Assembly (NCBI GenBank): GCA_964057225.1
Contig: OZ059894.1
Coordinates: forward strand, 992,001 to 1,056,000
Source: Auanema rhodensis
Taxonomy: Eukaryota > Animalia > Nematoda
Length of the DNA: 64,000 nt
Reading direction: 5' to 3'
How positions within the stretch are numbered: position 1 is the first letter of the stretch; each line of letters opens with the position of its first letter. Under the pieces are notes generated by a model. That model had not been told where the DNA came from and did no database searches. It worked only from the letters and a program-made list of their open reading frames with translations. A program made the position numbers and the translations under genes. Of the stretch, positions 12,421-27,599 are shown one piece after another.

Positions 12421-13480
12421 CTATACTACTTTGAGAAACGCTTAATACAAAAATTAGTTATGATCGTTTGAAAAATGATGCATTAGTGTATGTTGAGTTT
12501 CCATGTACACTCAACATTGCTTCCAAAAACATTTTGACAAAAATTTTTTCAAAAAATTTCAAAATAATTTAGCAAAAAGTAGATGTTTTTAGATTCCTTT
12601 TTCAAGGCAAAGACGATGGACAATGTTATTCAACGAAAAAATTAATTCTTCAGGGTGAAAATCGAGGATATAAGTGTGAACTTATATCAGTTGATATCTC
12701 GGTGCATTTTTAAGCTAGCGCAAATCTGATAACACAGATCGACGCAGCTTAAAAATCCGCATCGAATGCACTATACTACTTTGAGAAACGCTTAATACAA
12801 AAATTAGTTATGATCGTTTGAAAAATGATGCATTAGTGTATGTTGAGTTTCCATGTACACTCAACATTACTTCCAAAAACATTTTGACAAAAATTTTTTC
12901 AAAAAATTTCAAAATAATTTAGCAAAAAGTAGATGTTTTTAGATTCCTTTTTTCAAGGCAAAGACGATGGACAATGTTATTCAACGAAAAAATTAATTCT
13001 TCAGGGTGAAAATCGAGGATATAAGTGTGAACTTATATCAGTTGATATCTCGGTGCATTTTCAAGCTAGCGCAAATCTGATAACACAGATCGACGCAGCT
13101 TAAAAATCCGCATCGAATGCACTATACCACATTGAGAAACGCTTTATACAAAAATTAGTTATGATCGTTTGAAAAATGATGCATTAGTGTATGTTGAGTT
13201 TCCATATACACTCAACATTGCTTCCAAAAACATTTTGACAAAAATTTTTTCGAAAAATTTCAAAATAATTTAGCAAAAAGTAGATGTTTTTAGATTCCTT
13301 TTTTCAAGGCAAACACGATGAACAATGTTTTTCAACGAAAAAATTAATTCTTCAGGGTGAAAATCGAGGATATATGTGTGAACTTATATCAGTTGATGTC
13401 TCGGTGCATTTTTAAGCTAGCGCAAATCTGATAACACAGATCGACGCAGCTTAAAAATCCGCATCGAATGCACTATACTA
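11380..13480. repeat. Nested 3-mer (1052 bp) duplication
   Basis: T deletion ~11550/~12602, cattact 11817/12869, ccatatac 12154/13206. Confidence 0.9.
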
Positions 13481-13639
13481 CTTTGAGAAACGCTTAATAC
13501 AAAAATTAGTTATGATCGTTTGAAAAATGATGCATTAGTGTATGTTGAGTTTCCATGTACACTCAACATTGCTTCCAAAAACATTTTGACAAAAATTTTT
13601 TCAAAAAATTTCAAAATAATTTAGCAAAAAGTAGATGTT

Positions 13640-16600
13640 TTTAGATTCCTTTTTTCAAGGCAAAGACGATGGACAATGTTATTCAACGAAAAAATTAATT
13701 CTTCAGGGTGAAAATCGAGGATATAAGTGTGAACTTATATCAGTTGATATCTCGGTGCTTTTTTAAGCTAGCGCAAATCGGATAACACAGATCGACGCAG
13801 CTTAAAAATCCGCATCGAATACACTATACTACTTTGAGAAACGCTTAATACAATAATTAGTTATGATCGTTTGAAAAATGATGCATTAGTGTATGTTGAG
13901 TTTCCATGTACACTCAACATTGCTTCCAAAAACATTTTGACAAAAATTTTTTCAAAAAATTTCAAAATAATTTAGCAAAAAGTAGATGTTTTTAAATTCC
14001 TTTTTTCAAGGCAAAGACGATGGACATTGTTATTCAACGAAAAAATCAATTCTTCAGGGTGAAAATCGAGGATATAAGTGTGAACTTATATCAGTTGATA
14101 TCTCGGTGCATTTTTAAGCTAGCGCAAATCTGATAACACAGATCGACGCAGCTTAAAAATCCGCATCGAATGCACTATACCACATTGAGAAACGCTTTAT
14201 ACAAAAATTAGTTATGATCGTTTGAAAAATGATGCATTAGTGTATGTTGAGTTTCCATGTACACTCAACATTGCTTCCAAAAACATTTTGACAAAAATTT
14301 TTTCGAAAAATTTCAAAATAATTTAGCAAAAAGTAGATGTTTTTAGATTCCTTTTTTCAAGGCAAACACGATGAACAATGTTTTTCAACGAAAAAATTAA
14401 TTCTTCAGGGATGAAAATCGAGGATATAAGTGTGAACTTATATCAGTTGATGTCTCGGTGCATTTTTAAGCTAGCGCAAATCTGATAACACAGATCGACG
14501 CAGCTTAAAAATCCGCATCGAATGCACTATACTACATTGAGAAACGCTTAATACAAAAATTAGTTATGATCGTTTGAAAAATGATGCATTAGTGTATGTT
14601 GAGTTTCCATGTACACTCAACATTGCTTCCAAAAACATTTTGACAAAAATTTTTTCAAAAAATTTCAAAATAATTTAGCAAAAAGTAGATGTTTTTAGAT
14701 TCCTTTTTTCAAGGCAAAGACGATGGACAATGTTATTCAACGAAAAAATTAATTCTTCAGGGTGAAAATCGAGGATATAAGTGTGAACTTATATCAGTTG
14801 ATATCTCGGTGCATTTTTAAGCTAGCGCAAATCTGATAACACAGATCGACGCAGCTTAAAAATCCGCATCGAATGCACTATACTACTTTGAGAAACGCTT
14901 AATACAAAAATTAGTTATGATCGTTTGAAAAATGATGCATTAGTGTATGTTGAGTTTCCATGTACACTCAACATTGCTTCCAAAAACATTTTGACAAAAA
15001 TTTTTTCAAAAAATTTCAAAATAATTTAGCAAAAAGTAGATGTTTTCAAATTCCTTTTTTCAAGGCAAAGACGATGGACAATGTTATTCAACGAAAAAAT
15101 TAATTCTTCAGGGTGAAAATCGAGGATATAAGTGTGAACTTATATCAGTTGATATCTCGGTGCATTTTTAAGCTAGCGCAAATCTGATAACACAGATCGA
15201 CGCAGCTTAAAAATCCGCATCGAATGCACTATACTACATTGAGAAACGCTTAATACAAAAATTAGTTATGATCGTTTGAAAAATGATGCATTAGTGTATG
15301 TTGAGTTTCCATGTACACTCAACATTGCTTCCAAAAACATTTTGACAAAAATTTTTTCGAAAAATTTCAAAATAATTTAGCAAAAAGTAGATGTTTTTAA
15401 ATTCTTTTTTTCAAGGCAAAGACGATGGACAATGTTATTCAACGAAAAAATTAATTCTTCAGGGTGAAAATCGAGGATATAAGTGTGAACTTATATCAGT
15501 TGATATCTCGGTGCTTTTTTAAGCTAGCGCAAATCGGATAACACAGATCGACGCAGCTTAAAAATCCGCATCGAATACACTATACTACTTTGAGAAACGC
15601 TTAATACAATAATTAGTTATGATCGTTTGAAAAATGATGCATTAGTGTATGTTGAGTTTCCATGTACACTCAACATTGCTTCCAAAAACATTTTGACAAA
15701 AATTTTTTCAAAAAATTTCAAAATAATTTAGCAAAAAGTAGATGTTTTTAAATTCCTTTTTTCAAGGCAAAGACGATGGACAATGTTATTCAACGAAAAA
15801 ATTAATTCTTCAGGGTGAAAATCGAGGATATAAGTGTGAACTTATATCAGTTGATATCTCGGTGCATTTTTAAGCTAGCGCAAATCTGATAACACAGATC
15901 GACGCAGCTTAAAAATCCGCATCGAATGCACTATACTACATTGAGGAACGCTTAATACAAAAATTAGTTATGATCGTTTGAAAAATGATGCATTAGTGTA
16001 TGTTGAGTTTCCATGTACACTCAACATAGCTTCCAAAAACATTTTGACAAAAATTTTTTCGAAAAATTTCAAAATAATTTAGCAAAAAGTAGATGTTTTT
16101 AGATTCCTTTTTTCAAGGCAAACACGATGAACAATGTTTTTCAACGAAAAAATTAATTCTTCAGGGTGAAAATCGAGGATATAAGTGTGAACTTATATCA
16201 GTTGATGTCTCGGTGCATTTTTAAGCTAGCGCAAATCTGATAACACAGATCGACGCAGCTTAAAAATCCGCATCGAATGCACTATACTACATTGAGGAAC
16301 GCTTAATACAAAAATTAGTTATGATCGTTTGAAAAATGATGCATTAGTGTATGTTGAGTTTCCATGTACACTCAACATTGCTTCCAAAAACATTTTGACA
16401 AAAATTTTTTCGAAAAATTTCAAAATAATTTAGCAAAAAGTAGATGTTTTTAGATTCCTTTTTTCAAGGCAAACACGATGAACAATGTTTTTCAACGAAA
16501 AAATTAATTCTTCAGGGTGAAAATCGAGGATATAAGTGTGAACTTATATCAGTTGATGTCTCGGTGCATTTTTAAGCTAGCGCAAATCTGATAACACAGA

Positions 16601-19600
16601 TCGACGCAGCTTAAAAATCCGCATCGAATGCACTATACTACATTGAGAAACGCTTAATACAAAAATTAGTTATGATCGTTTGAAAAATGATGCATTAGTG
16701 TATGTTGAGTTTCCATGTACACTCAACATTGCTTCCAAAAACATTTTGACAAAAATTTTTTCAAAAAATTTCAAAATAATTTAGCAAAAAGTAGATGTTT
16801 TTAGATTCCTTTTTTCAAGGCAAAGACGATGGACAATGTTATTCAACGAAAAAATTAATTCTTCAGGGTGAAAATCGAGGATATAAGTGTGAACTTATAT
16901 CAGTTGATATCTCGGTGCATTTTTAAGCTAGCGCAAATCTGATAACACAGATCGACGCAGCTTAAAAATCCGCATCGAATGCACTATACTACTTTGAGAA
17001 ACGCTTAATACAAAAATTAGTTATGATCGTTTGAAAAATGATGCATTAGTGTATGTTGAGTTTCCATGTACACTCAACATTGCTTCCAAAAACATTTTGA
17101 CAAAAATTTTTTCAAAAAATTTCAAAATGATTTAGCAAAAAGTAGATGTTTTTAGATTCCTTTTTTCAAGGCAAAGACGATGGACAATGTTATTCAACGA
17201 AAAAATTAATTCTTCAGGGTGAAAATCGAAGATATAAGTGTGAACTTATATCAGTTGATATCTCGGTGCTTTTTTAAGCTAGCGCAAATCGGATAACACA
17301 GATCGACGCAGCTTAAAAATCCGCATCGAATACACTATACTACTTTGAGATACGCTTAATACAATAATTAGTTATGATCGTTTGAAAAATGATGCATTAG
17401 TGTATGTTGAGTTTCCATGTACACTCAACATTGCTTCCAAAAACATTTTGACAAAGATTTTTTCAAAAAATTTCAAAATAATTTAGCAAAAAGTAGATGT
17501 TTTTAAATTCCTTTTTTCAAGGCAAAGACGATGGACAATGTTATTCAACGAAAAAATTAATTCTTCAGGGTGAAAATCGAGGATATAAGTGTGAACTTAT
17601 ATCAGTTGATATCTCGGTGCATTTTTAAGCTAGCGCAAATCTGATAACACAGATCGACGCAGCTTAAAAATCCGCATCGAATGCACTATACCACATTGAG
17701 AAACGCTTTATACAAAAATTAGTTATGATCGTTTGAAAAATGATGCATTAGTGTATGTTGAGTTTCCATGTACACTCAACATTGCTTCCAAAAACATTTT
17801 GACAAAAATTTTTTCGAAAAATTTCAAAATAATTTAGCAAAAAGTAGATGTTTTTAGATTCCTTTTTTCAAGGCAAAGACGATGGACAATGTTATTCAAC
17901 GAAAAAATTAATTCTTCAGGGTGAAAATCGAGGATATAAGTGTGAACTTATATCAGTTGATATCTCGGTGCATTTTTAAGCTAGCGCAAATCTGATAACA
18001 CAGATCGACGCAGCTTAAAAATCCGCATCGAATGCACTATACTACTTTGAGAAACGCTTAATACAAAAATTAGTTATGATCGTTTGAAAAATGATGCATT
18101 AGTGTATGTTGAGTTTCCATGTACACTCAACATTGCTTCCAAAAACATTTTGACAAAAATTTTTTCAAAAAATTTCAAAATAATTTAGCAAAAAGTAGAT
18201 GTTTTCAAATTCCTTTTTTCAAGGCAAAGACGATGGACAATGTTATTCAACGAAAAAATTAATTCTTCAGGGTGAAAATCGAGGATATAAGTGTGAACTT
18301 ATATCAGTTGATATCTCGGTGCATTTTTAAGCTAGCGCAAATCTGATAACACAGATCGACGCAGCTTAAAAATCCGCATCGAATGCACTATACTACATTG
18401 AGAAACGCTTAATACAAAAATTAGTTATGATCGTTTGAAAAATGATGCATTAGTGTATGTTGAGTTTCCATGTACACTCAACATTGCTTCCAAAAACATT
18501 TTGACAAAAATTTTTTCAAAAAATTTCAAAATGATTTAGCAAAAAGTAGATGTTTTTAGATTCCTTTTTTCAAGGCAAAGACGATGGACAATGTTATTCA
18601 ACGAAAAAATTAATTCTTCAGGGTGAAAATCGAAGATATAAGTGTGAACTTATATCAGTTGATATCTCGGTGCTTTTTTAAGCTAGCGCAAATCGGATAA
18701 CACAGATCGACGCAGCTTAAAAATCCGCATCGAATACACTATACTACTTTGAGATACGCTTAATACAATAATTAGTTATGATCGTTTGAAAAATGATGCA
18801 TTAGTGTATGTTGAGTTTCCATGTACACTCAACATTGCTTCCAAAAACATTTTGACAAAGATTTTTTCAAAAAATTTCAAAATAATTTAGCAAAAAGTAG
18901 ATGTTTTTAAATTCCTTTTTTCAAGGCAAAGACGATGGACAATGTTATTCAACGAAAAAATTAATTCTTCAGGGTGAAAATCGAGGATATAAGTGTGAAC
19001 TTATATCAGTTGATATCTCGGTGCATTTTTAAGCTAGCGCAAATCTGATAACACAGATCGACGCAGCTTAAAAATCCGCATCGAATGCACTATACCACAT
19101 TGAGAAACGCTTTATACAAAAATTAGTTATGATCGTTTGAAAAATGATGCATTAGTGTATGTTGAGTTTCCATGTACACTCAACATTGCTTCCAAAAACA
19201 TTTTGACAAAAATTTTTTCGAAAAATTTCAAAATAATTTAGCAAAAAGTAGATGTTTTTAGATTCCTTTTTTCAAGGCAAACACGATGAACAATGTTTTT
19301 CAACGAAAAAATCAATTCTTCAGGGTGAAAATCGAGGATATAAGTGTGAACTTATATCAGTTGATGTCTCGGTGCATTTTTAAGCTAGCGCAAATCTGAT
19401 AACACAGATCGACGCAGCTTAAAAATCCGCATCGAATGCACTATACTACATTGAGAAACGCTTAATACAAAAATTAGTTATGATCGTTTGAAAAATGATG
19501 CATTAGTGTATGTTGAGTTTCCATGTACACTCAACATTGCTTCCAAAAACATTTTGACAAAAATTTTTTCAAAAAATTTCAAAATAATTTAGCAAAAAAG

Positions 19601-22600
19601 TAGATGTTTTTAGATTCCTTTTTTCAAGGCAAAGACGATGGACAATGTTATTCAACGAAAAAATTAATTCTTCAGGGTGAAAATCGAGGATATAAGTGTG
19701 AACTTATATCAGTTGATATCTCGGTGCTTTTTTAAGCTAGCGCAAATCGGATAACACAGATCGACGCAGCTTAAAAATCCGCATCGAATACACTATACTA
19801 CTTTGAGAAACGCTTAATACAATAATTAGTTATGATCGTTTGAAAAATGATGCATTAGTGTATGTTGAGTTTCCATGTACACTCAACATTGCTTCCAAAA
19901 ACATTTTGACAAAAATTTTTTCAAAAAATTTCAAAATAATTTAGCAAAAAGTAGATGTTTTTAAATTCCTTTTTTCAAGGCAAAGACGATGGACATTGTT
20001 ATTCAACGAAAAAATCAATTCTTCAGGGTGAAAATCGAGGATATAAGTGTGAACTTATATCAGTTGATATCTCGGTGCATTTTTAAGCTAGCGCAAATCT
20101 GATAACACAGATCGACGCAGCTTAAAAATCCGCATCGAATGCACTATACCACATTGAGAAACGCTTTATACAAAAATTAGTTATGATCGTTTGAAAAATG
20201 ATGCATTAGTGTATGTTGAGTTTCCATGTACACTCAACATTGCTTCCAAAAACATTTTGACAAAAATTTTTTCGAAAAATTTCAAAATAATTTAGCAAAA
20301 AGTAGATGTTTTTAGATTCCTTTTTTCAAGGCAAACACGATGAACAATGTTTTTCAACGAAAAAATTAATTCTTCAGGGATGAAAATCGAGGATATAAGT
20401 GTGAACTTATATCAGTTGATGTCTCGGTGCATTTTTAAGCTAGCGCAAATCTGATAACACAGATCGACGCAGCTTAAAAATCCGCATCGAATGCACTATA
20501 CTACATTGAGAAACGCTTAATACAAAAATTAGTTATGATCGTTTGAAAAATGATGCATTAGTGTATGTTGAGTTTCCATGTACACTCAACATTGCTTCCA
20601 AAAACATTTTGACAAAAATTTTTTCAAAAAATTTCAAAATAATTTAGCAAAAAGTAGATGTTTTTAGATTCCTTTTTTCAAGGCAAAGACGATGGACAAT
20701 GTTATTCAACGAAAAAATTAATTCTTCAGGGTGAAAATCGAGGATATAAGTGTGAACTTATATCAGTTGATATCTCGGTGCATTTTTAAGCTAGCGCAAA
20801 TCTGATAACACAGATCGACGCAGCTTAAAAATCCGCATCGAATGCACTATACTACTTTGAGAAACGCTTAATACAAAAATTAGTTATGATCGTTTGAAAA
20901 ATGATGCATTAGTGTATGTTGAGTTTCCATGTACACTCAACATTGCTTCCAAAAACATTTTGACAAAAATTTTTTCAAAAAATTTCAAAATAATTTAGCA
21001 AAAAGTAGATGTTTTCAAATTCCTTTTTTCAAGGCAAAGACGATGGACAATGTTATTCAACGAAAAAATTAATTCTTCAGGGTGAAAATCGAGGATATAA
21101 GTGTGAACTTATATCAGTTGATATCTCGGTGCATTTTTAAGCTAGCGCAAATCTGATAACACAGATCGACGCAGCTTAAAAATCCGCATCGAATGCACTA
21201 TACTACATTGAGAAACGCTTAATACAAAAATTAGTTATGATCGTTTGAAAAATGATGCATTAGTGTATGTTGAGTTTCCATGTACACTCAACATTGCTTC
21301 CAAAAACATTTTGACAAAAATTTTTTCGAAAAATTTCAAAATAATTTAGCAAAAAGTAGATGTTTTTAAATTCTTTTTTTCAAGGCAAAGACGATGGACA
21401 ATGTTATTCAACGAAAAAATTAATTCTTCAGGGTGAAAATCGAGGATATAAGTGTGAACTTATATCAGTTGATATCTCGGTGCTTTTTTAAGCTAGCGCA
21501 AATCGGATAACACAGATCGACGCAGCTTAAAAATCCGCATCGAATACACTATACTACTTTGAGAAACGCTTAATACAATAATTAGTTATGATCGTTTGAA
21601 AAATGATGCATTAGTGTATGTTGAGTTTCCATGTACACTCAACATTGCTTCCAAAAACATTTTGACAAAAATTTTTTCAAAAAATTTCAAAATAATTTAG
21701 CAAAAAGTAGATGTTTTTAAATTCCTTTTTTCAAGGCAAAGACGATGGACAATGTTATTCAACGAAAAAATTAATTCTTCAGGGTGAAAATCGAGGATAT
21801 AAGTGTGAACTTATATCAGTTGATATCTCGGTGCATTTTTAAGCTAGCGCAAATCTGATAACACAGATCGACGCAGCTTAAAAATCCGCATCGAATGCAC
21901 TATACTACATTGAGGAACGCTTAATACAAAAATTAGTTATGATCGTTTGAAAAATGATGCATTAGTGTATGTTGAGTTTCCATGTACACTCAACATAGCT
22001 TCCAAAAACATTTTGACAAAAATTTTTTCGAAAAATTTCAAAATAATTTAGCAAAAAGTAGATGTTTTTAGATTCCTTTTTTCAAGGCAAACACGATGAA
22101 CAATGTTTTTCAACGAAAAAATTAATTCTTCAGGGTGAAAATCGAGGATATAAGTGTGAACTTATATCAGTTGATGTCTCGGTGCATTTTTAAGCTAGCG
22201 CAAATCTGATAACACAGATCGACGCAGCTTAAAAATCCGCATCGAATGCACTATACTACATTGAGGAACGCTTAATACAAAAATTAGTTATGATCGTTTG
22301 AAAAATGATGCATTAGTGTATGTTGAGTTTCCATGTACACTCAACATTGCTTCCAAAAACATTTTGACAAAAATTTTTTCGAAAAATTTCAAAATAATTT
22401 AGCAAAAAGTAGATGTTTTTAGATTCCTTTTTTCAAGGCAAACACGATGAACAATGTTTTTCAACGAAAAAATTAATTCTTCAGGGTGAAAATCGAGGAT
22501 ATAAGTGTGAACTTATATCAGTTGATGTCTCGGTGCATTTTTAAGCTAGCGCAAATCTGATAACACAGATCGACGCAGCTTAAAAATCCGCATCGAATGC

Positions 22601-25600
22601 ACTATACTACATTGAGAAACGCTTAATACAAAAATTAGTTATGATCGTTTGAAAAATGATGCATTAGTGTATGTTGAGTTTCCATGTACACTCAACATTG
22701 CTTCCAAAAACATTTTGACAAAAATTTTTTCGAAAAATTTCAAAATAATTTAGCAAAAAGTAGATGTTTTTAAATTCTTTTTTTCAAGGCAAAGACGATG
22801 GACAATGTTATTCAACGAAAAAATTAATTCTTCAGGGTGAAAATCGAGGATATAAGTGTGAACTTATATCAGTTGATATCTCGGTGCTTTTTTAAGCTAG
22901 CGCAAATCGGATAACACAGATCGACGCAGCTTAAAAATCCGCATCGAATACACTATACTACTTTGAGAAACGCTTAATACAATAATTAGTTATGATCGTT
23001 TGAAAAATGATGCATTAGTGTATGTTGAGTTTCCATGTACACTCAACATTGCTTCCAAAAACATTTTGACAAAAATTTTTTCAAAAAATTTCAAAATAAT
23101 TTAGCAAAAAGTAGATGTTTTTAAATTCCTTTTTTCAAGGCAAAGACGATGGACAATGTTATTCAACGAAAAAATTAATTCTTCAGGGTGAAAATCGAGG
23201 ATATAAGTGTGAACTTATATCAGTTGATATCTCGGTGCATTTTTAAGCTAGCGCAAATCTGATAACACAGATCGACGCAGCTTAAAAATCCGCATCGAAT
23301 GCACTATACTACATTGAGGAACGCTTAATACAAAAATTAGTTATGATCGTTTGAAAAATGATGCATTAGTGTATGTTGAGTTTCCATGTACACTCAACAT
23401 AGCTTCCAAAAACATTTTGACAAAAATTTTTTCGAAAAATTTCAAAATAATTTAGCAAAAAGTAGATGTTTTTAGATTCCTTTTTTCAAGGCAAACACGA
23501 TGAACAATGTTTTTCAACGAAAAAATTAATTCTTCAGGGTGAAAATCGAGGATATAAGTGTGAACTTATATCAGTTGATGTCTCGGTGCATTTTTAAGCT
23601 AGCGCAAATCTGATAACACAGATCGACGCAGCTTAAAAATCCGCATCGAATGCACTATACTACATTGAGGAACGCTTAATACAAAAATTAGTTATGATCG
23701 TTTGAAAAATGATGCATTAGTGTATGTTGAGTTTCCATGTACACTCAACATTGCTTCCAAAAACATTTTGACAAAAATTTTTTCGAAAAATTTCAAAATA
23801 ATTTAGCAAAAAGTAGATGTTTTTAGATTCCTTTTTTCAAGGCAAACACGATGAACAATGTTTTTCAACGAAAAAATTAATTCTTCAGGGTGAAAATCGA
23901 GGATATAAGTGTGAACTTATATCAGTTGATGTCTCGGTGCATTTTTAAGCTAGCGCAAATCTGATAACACAGATCGACGCAGCTTAAAAATCCGCATCGA
24001 ATGCACTATACTACATTGAGAAACGCTTAATACAAAAATTAGTTATGATCGTTTGAAAAATGATGCATTAGTGTATGTTGAGTTTCCATGTACACTCAAC
24101 ATTGCTTCCAAAAACATTTTGACAAAAATTTTTTCAAAAAATTTCAAAATAATTTAGCAAAAAGTAGATGTTTTTAGATTCCTTTTTTCAAGGCAAAGAC
24201 GATGGACAATGTTATTCAACGAAAAAATTAATTCTTCAGGGTGAAAATCGAGGATATAAGTGTGAACTTATATCAGTTGATATCTCGGTGCATTTTTAAG
24301 CTAGCGCAAATCTGATAACACAGATCGACGCAGCTTAAAAATCCGCATCGAATGCACTATACTACTTTGAGAAACGCTTAATACAAAAATTAGTTATGAT
24401 CGTTTGAAAAATGATGCATTAGTGTATGTTGAGTTTCCATGTACACTCAACATTGCTTCCAAAAACATTTTGACAAAAATTTTTTCAAAAAATTTCAAAA
24501 TAATTTAGCAAAAAGTAGATGTTTTCAAATTCCTTTTTTCAAGGCAAAGACGATGGACAATGTTATTCAACGAAAAAATTAATTCTTCAGGGTGAAAATC
24601 GAGGATATAAGTGTGAACTTATATCAGTTGATATCTCGGTGCATTTTTAAGCTAGCGCAAATCTGATAACACAGATCGACGCAGCTTAAAAATCCGCATC
24701 GAATGCACTATACTACATTGAGAAACGCTTAATACAAAAATTAGTTATGATCGTTTGAAAAATGATGCATTAGTGTATGTTGAGTTTCCATGTACACTCA
24801 ACATTGCTTCCAAAAACATTTTGACAAAAATTTTTTCAAAAAATTTCAAAATGATTTAGCAAAAAGTAGATGTTTTTAGATTCCTTTTTTCAAGGCAAAG
24901 ACGATGGACAATGTTATTCAACGAAAAAATTAATTCTTCAGGGTGAAAATCGAAGATATAAGTGTGAACTTATATCAGTTGATATCTCGGTGCTTTTTTA
25001 AGCTAGCGCAAATCGGATAACACAGATCGACGCAGCTTAAAAATCCGCATCGAATACACTATACTACTTTGAGATACGCTTAATACAATAATTAGTTATG
25101 ATCGTTTGAAAAATGATGCATTAGTGTATGTTGAGTTTCCATGTACACTCAACATTGCTTCCAAAAACATTTTGACAAAGATTTTTTCAAAAAATTTCAA
25201 AATAATTTAGCAAAAAGTAGATGTTTTTAAATTCCTTTTTTCAAGGCAAAGACGATGGACAATGTTATTCAACGAAAAAATTAATTCTTCAGGGTGAAAA
25301 TCGAGGATATAAGTGTGAACTTATATCAGTTGATATCTCGGTGCATTTTTAAGCTAGCGCAAATCTGATAACACAGATCGACGCAGCTTAAAAATCCGCA
25401 TCGAATGCACTATACCACATTGAGAAACGCTTTATACAAAAATTAGTTATGATCGTTTGAAAAATGATGCATTAGTGTATGTTGAGTTTCCATGTACACT
25501 CAACATTGCTTCCAAAAACATTTTGACAAAAATTTTTTCGAAAAATTTCAAAATAATTTAGCAAAAAGTAGATGTTTTTAGATTCCTTTTTTCAAGGCAA

Positions 25601-26040
25601 ACACGATGAACAATGTTTTTCAACGAAAAAATCAATTCTTCAGGGTGAAAATCGAGGATATAAGTGTGAACTTATATCAGTTGATGTCTCGGTGCATTTT
25701 TAAGCTAGCGCAAATCTGATAACACAGATCGACGCAGCTTAAAAATCCGCATCGAATGCACTATACTACATTGAGAAACGCTTAATACAAAAATTAGTTA
25801 TGATCGTTTGAAAAATGATGCATTAGTGTATGTTGAGTTTCCATGTACACTCAACATTGCTTCCAAAAACATTTTGACAAAAATTTTTTCAAAAAATTTC
25901 AAAATAATTTAGCAAAAAAGTAGATGTTTTTAGATTCCTTTTTTCAAGGCAAAGACGATGGACAATGTTATTCAACGAAAAAATTAATTCTTCAGGGTGA
26001 AAATCGAGGATATAAGTGTGAACTTATATCAGTTGATATC
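13640..26040. repeat. Higher-order repeat: 17-mer and 18-mer copies sharing a 14-monomer core
   Basis: Offset 5969 for gggAtg 14411/20380, 14027/19996, 15047/21016, 15946/21915, 16028/21997. Offset 6320 for 18206/24526, 18533/24853, 18634/24954 and the A insertion ~19599/~25919. Confidence 0.88.
21330..24130. repeat. Nested 4-mer (1404 bp) duplication
   Basis: gaggaac 21915/23319 and 22266/23670; catagc 21997/23401. Confidence 0.9.
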
Positions 26041-27500
26041 TCGGTGCATTTTTAAGCTAGCGCAAATCTGATAACACAGATCGACGCAGCTTAAAAATCC
26101 GCATCGAATGCACTATACTACATTGAGAAACGCTTAATACAAAAATTAGTTATGATCGTTTGAAAAATGATGCATTAGTGTATGTTGAGTTTCCATGTAC
26201 ACTCAACATTGCTTCCAAAAACATTTTGACAAAAATTTTTTCAAAAAATTTCAAAATAATTTAGCAAAAAGTAGATGTTTTTAGATTCCTTTTTTCAAGG
26301 CAAAGACGATGGACAATGTTATTCAACGAAAAAATTAATTCTTCAGGGTGAAAATCGAAGATATAAGTGTGAACTTATATCAGTTGATATCTCGGTGCTT
26401 TTTTAAGCTAGCGCAAATCGGATAACACAGATCGACGCAGCTTAAAAATCCGCATCGAATACACTATACTACTTTGAGATACGCTTAATACAATAATTAG
26501 TTATGATCGTTTGAAAAATGATGCATTAGTGTATGTTGAGTTTCCATGTACACTCAACATTGCTTCCAAAAACATTTTGACAAAGATTTTTTCAAAAAAT
26601 TTCAAAATAATTTAGCAAAAAGTAGATGTTTTTAAATTCCTTTTTTCAAGGCAAAGACGATGGACAATGTTATTCAACGAAAAAATTAATTCTTCAGGGT
26701 GAAAATCGAGGATATAAGTGTGAACTTATATCAGTTGATATCTCGGTGCATTTTTAAGCTAGCGCAAATCTGATAACACAGATCGACGCAGCTTAAAAAT
26801 CCGCATCGAATGCACTATACCACATTGAGAAACGCTTTATACAAAAATTAGTTATGATCGTTTGAAAAATGATGCATTAGTGTATGTTGAGTTTCCATGT
26901 ACACTCAACATTGCTTCCAAAAACATTTTGACAAAAATTTTTTCGAAAAATTTCAAAATAATTTAGCAAAAAGTAGATGTTTTTAGATTCCTTTTTTCAA
27001 GGCAAACACGATGAACAATGTTTTTCAACGAAAAAATCAATTCTTCAGGGTGAAAATCGAGGATATAAGTGTGAACTTATATCAGTTGATGTCTCGGTGC
27101 ATTTTTAAGCTAGCGCAAATCTGATAACACAGATCGACGCAGCTTAAAAATCCGCATCGAATGCACTATACTACATTGAGAAACGCTTAATACAAAAATT
27201 AGTTATGATCGTTTGAAAAATGATGCATTAGTGTATGTTGAGTTTCCATGTACACTCAACATTGCTTCCAAAAACATTTTGACAAAAATTTTTTCAAAAA
27301 ATTTCAAAATAATTTAGCAAAAAAGTAGATGTTTTTAGATTCCTTTTTTCAAGGCAAAGACGATGGACAATGTTATTCAACGAAAAAATTAATTCTTCAG
27401 GGTGAAAATCGAGGATATAAGTGTGAACTTATATCAGTTGATATCTCGGTGCATTTTTAAGCTAGCGCAAATCTGATAACACAGATCGACGCAGCTTAAA
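24900..27500. repeat. 4-mer (1405 bp) duplication
   Basis: cgaagat 24954/26359; A insertion ~25919/~27324; gagatacg and caaagatt shared at the same offset. Confidence 0.88.
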
Positions 27501-27599
27501 AATCCGCATCGAATGCACTATACTACTTTGAGAAACGCTTAATACAAAAATTAGTTATGATCGTTTGAAAAATGATGCATTAGTGTATGTTGAGTTTCC

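Noticed and set aside
16021-16030. Compensatory evolution of hairpin stems (catagc extends IR3 by one pair)
   Set aside because: An isolated case. Other variants (tatatgtg, atcgga, gcttttt, ttttcaag) break stems with no compensating change.
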